DNA from: Mytilus trossulus
Taxonomy: Eukaryota
DNA: 64,000 nucleotides
Assembly: GCF_036588685.1 (NCBI RefSeq)
Contig: NC_086379.1
Span: 58,032,001-58,096,000 of the forward strand
Direction of reading: 5' to 3'
In this document: piece by piece, positions 47,932 to 59,400 of the stretch
How the letters are laid out: each line of letters starts with the position of its first letter
Numbering within the stretch: position 1 is the first letter of the stretch
Program-made: the position numbers and the translations under genes
The notes under the pieces: model-generated
Database searches by the model: none
What the model was told of the DNA's origin: nothing
What the model saw: the letters and a program-made list of their open reading frames with translations, nothing else

Positions 47932-49399
47932 ATGAGACAAAAATTGAAGAAAATCCTGCATGCTGCATTTATAATGCCATGGACAACTGGTTTAATTAAA
48001 GAATATCGTAACGGTGGTTTTTCAAAACATGACGGCAGCATTGCTGGAGTAGTTATTTTGACAACAATAATCATCATGATATTCGAACTTATGGTTTTCT
48101 TCCCTAAAACGACTTCTCGAATAGTCATGACTGTTTTGTTGATCATCGCAATATTCACATTGATATCCATGAGCCTTTCAGCTTGTAAGAATACACACTG
48201 GACAGTACCAAGAATGTCAAAAGGCAGTCACAGTTTGAAATTGAAATTCCTTTGGCTATTTTGTGTAGCCAATATTACCTTTGAAGTAGTGAAATTTGCA
48301 ATTTATAGCAAATGTGACCAACTTCCAGATGTTCTACTGTTTTATATTTCAACTTGGATATTTCAAATTTTGCAAACATTCTTCCTTCATTACTTTTCCA
48401 AATTCACATTCAATAATATACTGTGCCTCTATTATGGATTTCTTGTTCTGGTTGTTACAAATTTTTCACTGTGGACACATCGAACTATGTTTACATATTA
48501 TGAAGCCAAATCATTTTTAAACATCAGTGACATCAGTGGAAATGTATGTAATGATACAAAATCTTTTGTTCCGATGGAGAAGTTTAAACCATTTTTAGAT
48601 CCAGTGTCTTTAGAGTATTGTCTTTTGTGTGTAATACTTCTATCTGAGATGTGGCCGAGAGCAAAGTATCCCGAACATCAAAGTCGACAACTACAAGAGT
48701 CCTCTTCAAAGGAAGAAACAGAAGAACATCAGTGGTTATTGCGTTGCAATAGCAATGTTCCGACTAGAACAGTTTGGAATAGAAAATCAATTATAGTTTT
48801 GTTTATTGGTGTCTTGTATATGATTGTATTTCTTGTTATACAGACATTATTTCTTAACATTGATCAACTGAGAAAAAATTACTTGCACGTAGCGTTCGTA
48901 TTTTATGTTTGTGGAAATTTCATTCGGATACCGCTTACCATAAAGTGTTTTTACGCATTTTCTGCACAACTCCGTCCTAAATCAAATGTTCAAACGGTCA
49001 CGGATATGAAACATGTAATTATCGTAGTTAGTTCAATGGCTACATGTGGATATATTATAGCAGAATGTGTAGAGAATCTACGCCACGGTGAAGTGAAAAT
49101 CATACTTAATGCCATTTTCCGTTATGCAAACGTCCTTTATTTTGCAAATGAAACAGTACAAACGAGTAGACAGAACAAACACTATAACGTCTATACAAAA
49201 TACATTTTTATTCATGTGCTGCATAAACTTCAGTTTTTGGTTTTCATACACCTTTATATCACCGCAGTATACTGTCAGATTGCATAGACACTTCTTTGGA
49301 ATTACCAGCTGGCTAAAAATTAAACATTTCTGGTTCCCTTTTATTATATTTTACCACTTCGAGTGTTTTATCTCATTTTATGACTTCTTTAGGACATGA
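47932..49399 (+). pseudogene. Otopetrin-like paralog 5, frameshifted (about 14-nt deletion near 49123-49126)
   Basis: Frame 1 matches paralogs up to NAIFR; a second frame continues QTSFILQMKQY...PFIIFYHFEC to TGA at 49399. Paralogs have 6 codons between R and QT; this copy has only TATG. Putative 5'UTR intron 47720-47831. Confidence 0.85.
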
Positions 49400-49749
49400 C
49401 ATTGTTGATTTGGAAATCTGACTATTGATGATAAGCTTCGTCAGATTGATCTTAAAAGTTAAAGTTTTACATGTATGTCTTCATATTTTATAATTCGTTC
49501 TCAAATTCTGTTATATCAACCCGTTTCACTCTTTTCCTGTTGGAAATATAGAATATTAAATGTTAAAACATTTACAGTTAATCAAATGAAACTGAAGTAT
49601 CCCTACATGACCTATACTTTACCGTTGTTATCTATATTGTACATTTGACTTCTATATATTTGCAGAAAAAAAAATTAAAAATTCATTTTTATAAATTTAT
49701 ATTTTTTTCCTTGATGTATGTTAACATATAATATATACGAACTCTATTA

Positions 49750-51713
49750 CAGTGACTTGCCTATAGGTGTTACTGTAAAAGTTTACCTATAGCTCAACCT
49801 GTTTTTAAAATTGTCAACACAATAGGGACATTTAAATTGACCAGTTGGTATTGTTAGATTTAAATCTACCTTGATGCTACCTGTAAAAAAATTTACTCAC
49901 CAAACCCAAAGTTTCAGCATGCTTTTTTCCTGAACTTTTTCTTACCTAGGATTATTCTATTGAGAGATTTTTATTTTACTGTTATTCAAAATATTAGGAG
50001 TGATCAAGCCAAACAAGAATGACTATATCATATATGATATTTCCTTGCAGTTGGTTTAAAATTGCATGGACTTAAATGCACTACATTTCATCTTAATGTT
50101 TGTATAGCCACTACTAGCAGTGTCTATACCCTAAATAATCCAGTCGTAATATTTCACTCATTTTATGAAACATCAAAATCATATTTGAATAAACAATTTT
50201 ATTTACTTTTTAACACTAATATTTGACATCTCATCCAGAATTCCAAAGATTTTAAATAATTCCCAATTTCATTCATTTTTCACTACTTCACTAGATTTTT
50301 TTCTAAATCCATAGTATAAATTCTGATTAACTTCCCATGATATACAACCTAATTTAACAGGTGCAGAATCTTGATATTTTGTTATCAATTCCATTACTAT
50401 ATTCCAAATAGATGTCCTCACTTTACAAATATTTTGTAATATTGTATTTATATTTTTACTATATATCACTTGATTTTACTATATCCACAGTAAACATTTT
50501 ATTTCTTTTCCTATGATAAATTTCCAAATCAAACAATATTTGATCCAGAATTTTATAATTACTGTTTCCAATTCATATGAATCACTTAAAACATTTCCTC
50601 ACGTTAGGAATATTATATTTTACTTTCATTTTTCACTTTATCACTAGATTAGACTATATCCACTGCATTAATTCAACATTTTATTTCATTTCAAAGATCC
50701 CATTTAAATGTTTGTAAGTTTGTAATAGATCCCAAAACTAATAATGAATGTTTTTAAAATCACGTTTAAAGTCACAGAAACATGTTGGATGAACTCGCAC
50801 TATATCTCTTACTTGAATTCCAGTTTTGAATTTGTTTAATCTTTAACAACTAAATCCCATTTATGAAAATTTGAATTTCCTTGATTGAACACAGCATTTT
50901 ATGCACAAAAGTCCCACTGATATTATAATAGATTTCAAAGAAAATACACAGCAAGGTATACTCCAAAATTATTTTCGAATTTTACATGTACAACATCATA
51001 TGTAAGCCCCACAGAACAGTTTGAATGAATTATTTCCTCCTTGATGTCCTTCATGACAATAACATCTTGAAAAAAACACATCACATTTTAAGAAGCAAAA
51101 TTGCCATAAAAAATCTAAGTAATGAATTCAAATGAAATAAATCCAATATTGTATGCACAATGACACCAAAAGACTTCAAACATTGCAAATAATAATCCAA
51201 AATGAGAATCTTGAAGGGTCATGTGAAGAAATGAACAACATATCCCTCTGAAAATTTAAACTGTAAACACCTGAACAGCTATTTCTTGTTTCACTGGCAG
51301 CTGGACAATACTATGTATAAGGGTTAGAATTTTAAAGAAGCATTTAGTGTGTAAATAAAGTTTAAATTTTCAAACATAGTAATACATATTTAATTTAATC
51401 TTTTACTGATTTAGAATTTTAGGTAAAAATTTGATAAATCATAAATGTCATGGATTTAAAACAATAAAAACCAAAAACTATTTTCTTCCCTATCAATTTT
51501 TAATAGAATAATCCTAGGTAAGAAAAAGTTCTGGAAAAAAGCATGCTGAAACTTTGGGTTAGGTGAATAAAAATCTTTACAGGTAGCATCAAGGTAGATT
51601 TAAATCTAACAATACCAACTGGTCAATTTAAATGTCCCTTTTGTGTTGACAATTTTAAAAACTGGTTGAGCTATAGGTAAACTTTTACAGTAACACCTAC
51701 AGGCAAGTCACTG
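49750..51713. mobile_element. Non-autonomous Tc1/mariner-like element with ~212-bp TIRs
   Basis: TA-CAGTGACTTGCCT ... AGGCAAGTCACTG-TA; arms 49750-49961 and 51502-51713. Confidence 0.88.
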
Positions 51714-53229
51714 TAATTTCATAATTTTTGGTCAATAATTAAAAACGTTTCCCATTAGGTCTCTATGTTAATTTTATTTTTTGAAGTGTTGATTACCTGA
51801 TGGAGTAAGTATACGAAGTGCTTCAAAACAAAACAACAAACAACAAAAAGGATTAGACAGGACAAACACTATATTTGCGTCTGTTCAGAATACATTCTTA
51901 TTTATGATCTGCATGAACTTCCGCTTTTCCGTTTTCTTACACCTGTATATCACGACAGTAGACTGTCAGATTTCAGAGAGGCTTTTATAATTGTCATCTA
52001 GCTAAACATTAAATATTTCTTGTTCCTTTTTATTATATTTCACCAATTTTTGAATTCATTCGTTTATTTGGTATTTGGAAGCACAATAGTATTCATTGAA
52101 ATTTATGTATTTATTTCTATGTTTTTTTTTTAAACTGTTTGTCTGTTATCTCTTTTCACTGTTTGCCATGTCATTGCTAATTTGTTGACGACATATAAAT
52201 TTAAATATCCCTCTTGGTATCTTTAGTCTTAATCTAAATAAGTAAACAAGGTTAGTGATATTTCAGTTATCATTATTTAAGGTTATTATCTTAGATGAAA
52301 AGGTCAATGTTACATCTTAATATAACTGATTATACAAGCATAATTAAAGTAGATCGACAATCTGATGAAATTATTTCTTTTGTCAAACTATAAAAGACTG
52401 CACGGACAAAACTAGAAAGTTCAAACAACACTACAGAAACTTTCAAGTGTGTACCACTTCATCTCTCTCTCTCTAAAATAGAAAACGGGAATATGATGTT
52501 AATTTGTTGTCGTTTGTTGATGTGGTTCATACGCGTTTCTCGTTTCTCATATTGATTAGACCGTTGGTTGTCCCGTTTGAGTGGTTCTACACTGGTCATT
52601 TTATGGCCCTTATAGCTTGTTTTTCGATGTGATACAAGGCTCCGTGTTGAAAACCATACTTTGACCTATACTTGTTTACTTTTACACATTGTGACTTGGA
52701 TGAAGATCGAGTTATCTCGTTGTAATTCATACCACATCTTCTTATATCTAAGAAATGTTTCAGTTATCAATATTTAATACATACATTGTATAATAAATTG
52801 TGGTTAAATGCCAATGAGACAACTCTCCATCCAAGTCACAATTTGTAAAATAAAATATAGCAAGCGTTGATGGGTATTTTTACATCCAAACAACATAATA
52901 TTGAATAAACAATTAAGAAAAAAGATATAATAAACATATGAAAGCTATATAACAGGCAAATAACCCATATATGTGAACTATAAGAGCATACACTACAACC
53001 ATGTGGACACATTTTACAGAATCGTCTATCTTTATATAAAATAGAAATCAGGGTAAGAAATCTGTCAGCTATCAATGTTTAAGGTTATTATCACAGTAAA
53101 AGGTCAATGTAACATCTTAATATAACCGATTACACAAACATAATAACAGTAAATCGGCAATCTAATAATAATTATCTACATTTGATATTCATTTCACGTG
53201 CTCCTGCACCGAACCGTACGTCTACGATC

Positions 53230-53401
53230 ATGTTCTGTATATTTGTGCTTGGCATTCTTATTCATGGAGCATTACCAGCAGCTCTTGATGATTATGTATA
53301 TCGGAATGACCCGTATTACAAGTTTGAGGAGATTGGGAAAGAGTCAGGGCCTGGATATACCATGTATATGATAAATATGACTTCACAAAAATGGAAAACA
53401 G
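53230..53401 (+). CDS. PqaA/AprA-like exon 1
   Basis: MFCIFVLG...ALDDYV...NMTSQKWKT, G|GTAAAA. Confidence 0.85.
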
Positions 53402-56400
53402 GTAAAAATATTAAAATATATTTTATTAAATTCATTCCAAGTATTACCCTTATGAAACTGAATTGTTTGCCGCAAACTTACTTGCTGCAAGCTTACGGCA
53501 AACAAAAAGTTTGCAGGAACACAGAAATCAGTGTTTGCAGATGTTTGCCGCTAGCTGCAAACTTCCGGCAAACATTGCTGCAAGCTTGCGACAAGTTTGC
53601 AGAAACATTAATGTTTGCCGTAAGATTGCCAGAAAGTTTGAAGTAATGAAGAATGTTTGCCGCAAGATTGCAGAAAACTTTGACCATTCAATATGTTTGC
53701 CGCAAGATTGCAGAAAACTTTGACCATTCTATATGGTTGCCAGAACATTGCAGGAATTAAACAATATTGACTGGGCATGCCTAGTTGGCACTTCCTGAAT
53801 GCTAACAATTTGAAATTGTGGCTAGGTCTTGTTGGTTGTGTTTGGAAATGCATTTCACAAATAAGAGATCAAGGAGGCATTTTGGTTCAATAATATGGGA
53901 TAATCAGTATGTCATTCTGTAAGTACAAATGATTCATAGAACTGCATGTTTTAATAAAGTAATTGAAGTTATCATCATACATAATTAAGTTAGCAACTAT
54001 ATATACATGTATGTGTGTCAGATTGAAAAACTTAAGCTATTATAAGTTTGATTTTGTAACTGATGTACTGCACCATCATGATCATGTTTATTTAGATTAT
54101 ATATAATGTGTTAAATTATGTAATGCAATTATTACCTAGCCACATACTCAATACACATTTGAGATTTTACCTTTTTCATTTTTTAATATGTCACTTGAGA
54201 ATGACTCCTACCACTTTTTCAAAACTCAAATGCTTGTATGTATTTCTTTAAATCTCAGTTTGCAACAATTCTTTCAATGACTGTTAGTATAAAGACAGGA
54301 ATTGACTTTTTAAAAATGAATCGGTGTAATTTGAAAGAGATAAATTGAATGTGTTTACACACATGAAATTGGTATATGTGTAGTTTCTGCAAGTTTGCCG
54401 CAAGTTTGCAACAAACAATTGCCGCAAGCTTGCAGCATACAATTGCCGCAAGCTTGCGGCAAATCTAATTTGCATAATTATGTTTGCCGCAAGCTTGCTG
54501 CAAACTTCATTTGCATGGTAAAATGGTTGCGGCGCGGCATATGATTGCCGAAGGGCTAATTTTTTGGTAAGGGTAATCTTATTATATTTCACCAATTATG
54601 TAATTAATCAAAAAATGCACAACAAAACAGTTTACTGTGATTGTTTTACATTTTATTAGCCAAAATTGGCTTTAATGAAGTTATTATTGTTATTTTACCA
54701 ATTTTTTAGATGTAATTTAAAAATAGCAAAGTCAGTTTAATATAACAATATTCAATATCATGTCTGTTGCTTTTATAGAGGATAGACTAGATCATCCGAT
54801 ATGGTGGCATTACTTAGCAATAACAATACCAGACAAAATTGTGTATAAAGATGCCGCTTTCATGCTGATTGATGGTGGCTCAAATACCGATGCGTGAGTA
54901 TCAAAAAGAGAATGATTCATAAACATAGAAACATAGGCTCATCAAAACTAAAATCTGAAGCAAGAAAAACGTTCGGTGACTATACTAATTGCATATATTG
55001 AAAATCTGAAGCAAGAAAGACGTTCAGTGACTATACTAATTGCATATATTGAATTTAATAATAATAAAAAAAAGATGATAACGGGTAATTTCAGAAACTA
55101 GATGCTAGACCATACCACTGAACTGTATGTGCAATAGAATTTTTATTGGTCACATATTATACATATGATATTTCCTGTAACAGTACACAATATTTTCTAT
55201 ATCCATATACACATTGTCAGTTGTAATACAAAATATTAAGATATTTTATTCTTTAATAAAAAGTTAAAGACACATTCTTTGAGTAGTTGAACATTTTGAT
55301 TTTTCTTTTTTTTCCCTATAGACCACCTACTGTAAGTGATAACTTTGTGGCCCTGACTGTAGCCTTTGCTGTGTCGACAGGTTGTATTGGTGCTGACTTA
55401 AAAATGATTCCTAACCAACCAATCGTATTCAAGGTAATCAAATTAATTACAAATTTCAGACTGAAAATTGGGTTTGGTTAAACAGACAAAAAAAGATATA
55501 CCGATGCTTTATTAATAAAAGCAAAAAGTGTTCATTGGTCGAACAAATGATGGAAATTACATAATGAGACGCGCAGATTTTTACCTTAAAAACTACTTGC
55601 ACTTGAGACCACCCCAGTTTTTGGTAGGGTTCGTGTTGTTTTAGTCTTTAGTTTTCTATGTTGTGTCTTGTACTGTTATCTGTCTGTTCGTCTTTTCTCT
55701 TTTAACATTGGCGTTGACAGTTTATTTTCGATCTTTGAGTTTGATTGTCCCTCTGGCATCTTTCGTTCCTCTTGTATGCACAATAACATGCATCATACCA
55801 CATATTTGTTTTTATATGAACAATAAAGGGATATTCTCGGTACTTGAGTAATTCTTTTTATTTTCATCTGAAACTATTTAGCTTATGTTTGGGCGTATTA
55901 CAATTCCGCATGTTTTGTAAGCTTACAGATTCACTTTTCCACAAAAAAGAATACTTTCTCCTTTTCCGTAATGTATTGAATGTTCCTTTTGTTATCTTTT
56001 GCCAATGCACAATTTTGCACTGAACTACTGTATCTGCTGATTTTCTGACCCTTCTAGAATTTCAAACAATACAAAAATAAGCAACTTCATCCCACCGTTT
56101 CGTTTGTATCTTACAAAACGTATTTGAATTGCATTATGTTTATGCTTTCATAGAAAAGTACTAACATTCTTCAATATATTATGTACAATACAATATTTAC
56201 CTATAGCATTCAGATGAGACTAAAAAAAGGTGTTAATATTATGAAATGCTACTAAAAATATTTTCGAGAACGTAGGTCATACATTTGAGGAAATGTTATA
56301 CAAATTGTGTTATACTTGTACCTTTTCATGATCAGAAAATGTTATTGACTTGTAACAGGATGATCCAGAACAGAAAAAAAGAAAAGAGGATGCTGTTATC

Positions 56401-59400
56401 GCTTGGACATGGAAAACCTTTGTTGAGAAGAATTCATCGGATCCTGAATTTTTATTACGTTTTCCTATGACTAAGGTAAATTATAATACACGTAGTTGCA
56501 CTTATCTGCAACCTTTATTCATAACCAAATTTGAATAATTATTGCATTTTCAATAAAATGCATTTCATATAGTCTGATAAAATATCTGAAATAAGACCGA
56601 CAAAATATATAGCAAAACTCTCTATAAATCGGTAGTTTGCCGAAGCCGGTAAATGAAATAATCAACTACCACATCATCCATACAAAAATAACATCTTCAA
56701 AAGAAGAAACCTACATTTATTCTGAGCTATGGATATGCATGCAATATTTTCTAAGGAAAATTACAATAGCAAAAACAACCGCAAATTTTAATTAGAATGC
56801 ATTAACAGACTTTTTGCCACAAAATATTTCGTTAAAATAAATACACAAAGAGGAAAAATCCCTAAAAAATATTTTTGAAGAAACAAAATGGAAGATAAAA
56901 GGAGATTGTTGGTAATCTTTTTGGGTCACAACATTTTATTTTGTCCACATTCTGTTAAACACTTATACTCTTCTTTTCAGGCTAGTGTAAGGGGAATGGA
57001 TACCGTAGCATCCATTTCAAAACAAAAGACTGGAAATGTCATCAATAAATTTTTCATTGCTGGAGCATCTAAGGTAAACTCAGTTGGAAATTTAACCCAT
57101 TAAGGTTTAGTCAAACAATAAAGTACCATTTAAGTCTTACTTTTTGATGAATTTACATTATAGAACACAGAAAAATGTATATCTATGTAGGTATATAAGA
57201 TTATGCTTTACCATAGTTAAACCTTTAATATAATAAATATATGATTATTTTTTGTTCTCTCTCAAACATCATAAAATATGCATTATTCCTGATGAAACAG
57301 AAATATGAGTTTTCTCAGACACATACAATTATTTAATTAGTTGAAACGTGGGCTTTCTTTTTTAATCGTTCAAAAATAAAGCAGTTTTCCCTTCAAGTAG
57401 CCTATAAATAGTTTATGAATAAATTGTGAAAAAGTGATATTCAACATTAATTTATAATTTACTAATCATTACTAGAGAGGTTGGACAACATGGACAACAG
57501 CGGCAGTTGACAAGAGGGTTGTTGCTATGGCACCGCTTGTAATGGATCTTCTTAACATGCAAAAGGTAAGAATAACTGAAAAGTATCAAATACAGATATA
57601 ACAAATATTTTACTGTATTGAAAAAAGCATAAAGTAAAACAAAACATTCTTATACTTGTCTGTTCTATTGTCGGGTTGTTGTCTCTTTGACACATTCCCC
57701 TTTTCCATTCTCAATTGCATCATACATGGACAACAAACCATTTTTTGGCCAAAAAATATTTCCCTCTTCTGAAAGGAATTTTACCTTGATCACCTACACC
57801 AAACTGTTAGAAAAAAAACATGACATGAATATAACATGAATCGCTAAAAGTTGGGACCAAGCCAGTTTCCAGTGCAGACATACCATCCATTTTGTTTAAT
57901 AATACCATTTATCGTAAAACGAAAACACAAGTAAAATAAATCCTGCACAGCGCAAATACCAGAAGAATGACCTATAACTTATTATAAGGAAATAAAAATC
58001 AGGAATGTTGACGACATTGCATTTTTTCTTTCCATAGAGTCTCCATCATCATTACAGATCTTTAGGTGGCTGGACTTTTGCCTTCGATGACTACTATCAT
58101 TTAAATTTCACTCAAGATCTGGATAATCCGAACACTACTAAAATGGCCACATACATTGATCCAATTTGTAAGTATGCTATGTGTATCAACATACGATATT
58201 ACATCATTTATTCCCAAATGAAGACGATTTGGTCTGAAGTTATCCAAACCAATTTGTAGTATTATTGTCCCTAGTCTCAAATTGACAATATCAAAAGTGT
58301 AAAGCTGTATTTTATGTTGTTCTTTTCATATTTTTTTGCGTTGTAGGTCGTTTGTGGACTTTTTGTCAGTTTTCATTCCCTTTGGATACCATTTCCCCTT
58401 TTCAACATAATTTTGCTATGCTTTCAAAGTATATATTTATATAATCGGGGTTTTTTTTATCAAAAATACCATTGACTTGTGGGTTTTAACTGCCGCTTTG
58501 TAGCTGTTGACATTTTTAACGAAATATTTATTTTAAAAGAATATCATTATAAATTATGATTATGATTATTTTTGTGTTGTTTTTTGTTTTTGTTTCAAGC
58601 ATATAACAGCAGGTACACATCAATACCCAAAATGATAGTAACAACTGGCGGAGATGAGTTCTTTATACCTGACGACTCTCACTACTACTTTGGTGAGCTG
58701 GATGGTCCTAAACTTCTCAGGTATAAATATAAGGTTTTGTATAGTTTTGTCAGTACAGTGTATCAGTCAAATACGATGTTTTTGTTTCCACTATAAGATT
58801 AATAATGAAAGTTCTCATGTTATGAAACTTAAAAACTCCAAGTCTCAGGAAAATGAAATAGAAAATGATTATAAAAATGCAATAAATTATAAAAATAGAA
58901 TAGTTTCAACTGTAAAGTGCTCAACGCAAACTACACTGCAGGAATTGAAATGAAATGTAATGCAAGTAGTGTAACCCATAGAGAACATATTAAATAAAAG
59001 AATATACAGCAACTTCATAACCACAAATTGTCGATTTTAACCAAAAATATGGTAGAACTTCAGAACTTTAAGCACGTTTCCTTTTCATGTTTCAATAATT
59101 GAAAAATATGTGTGTTCATGAAATACAGCAGATGCAATAATACAGAACCTATCATAAAATCATAAAGTTTTTTAGGAATAAATTGATTTCTTACTTAAAT
59201 TACAAACATACAATGTTTACTCTACAGGAAATTACCGAATGCAGAACATAGTATGGCTGGTCATGAAATAGGTCTATTGTTTTCTCTGAGGGCATTCTTC
59301 TTGTCTGTTATCACGGTACGGTTTTAATTCAAAATATTCAAAATATTCAAACTAAATTTGACATAGACCTTATTAATGTACATTTTCGAATTCAGAAAGA

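Noticed and set aside
49109-49135. Programmed frameshift or micro-intron rescuing paralog 5
   Set aside because: Conserved TM codons are physically missing; no slippery heptamer or usable GT-AG pair.
11127-49399. Multi-TM proteins as GPCRs or gustatory receptors
   Set aside because: About 12 TMs in two pseudo-repeats with QTxFI, N..W, P...EY and P...FY motifs fit otopetrins; no DRY/NPxxY.
53182-53646. 154-aa ORF as a complete protein
   Set aside because: It is exon 1 (true start ATG 53230) reading through the donor at 53402 into intron 1.
53463-54595. Overlapping ORFs of 64-103 aa and TTTGCCGCAAG repeats
   Set aside because: They arise from subterminal repeats of an intronic transposon and have low-complexity translations.
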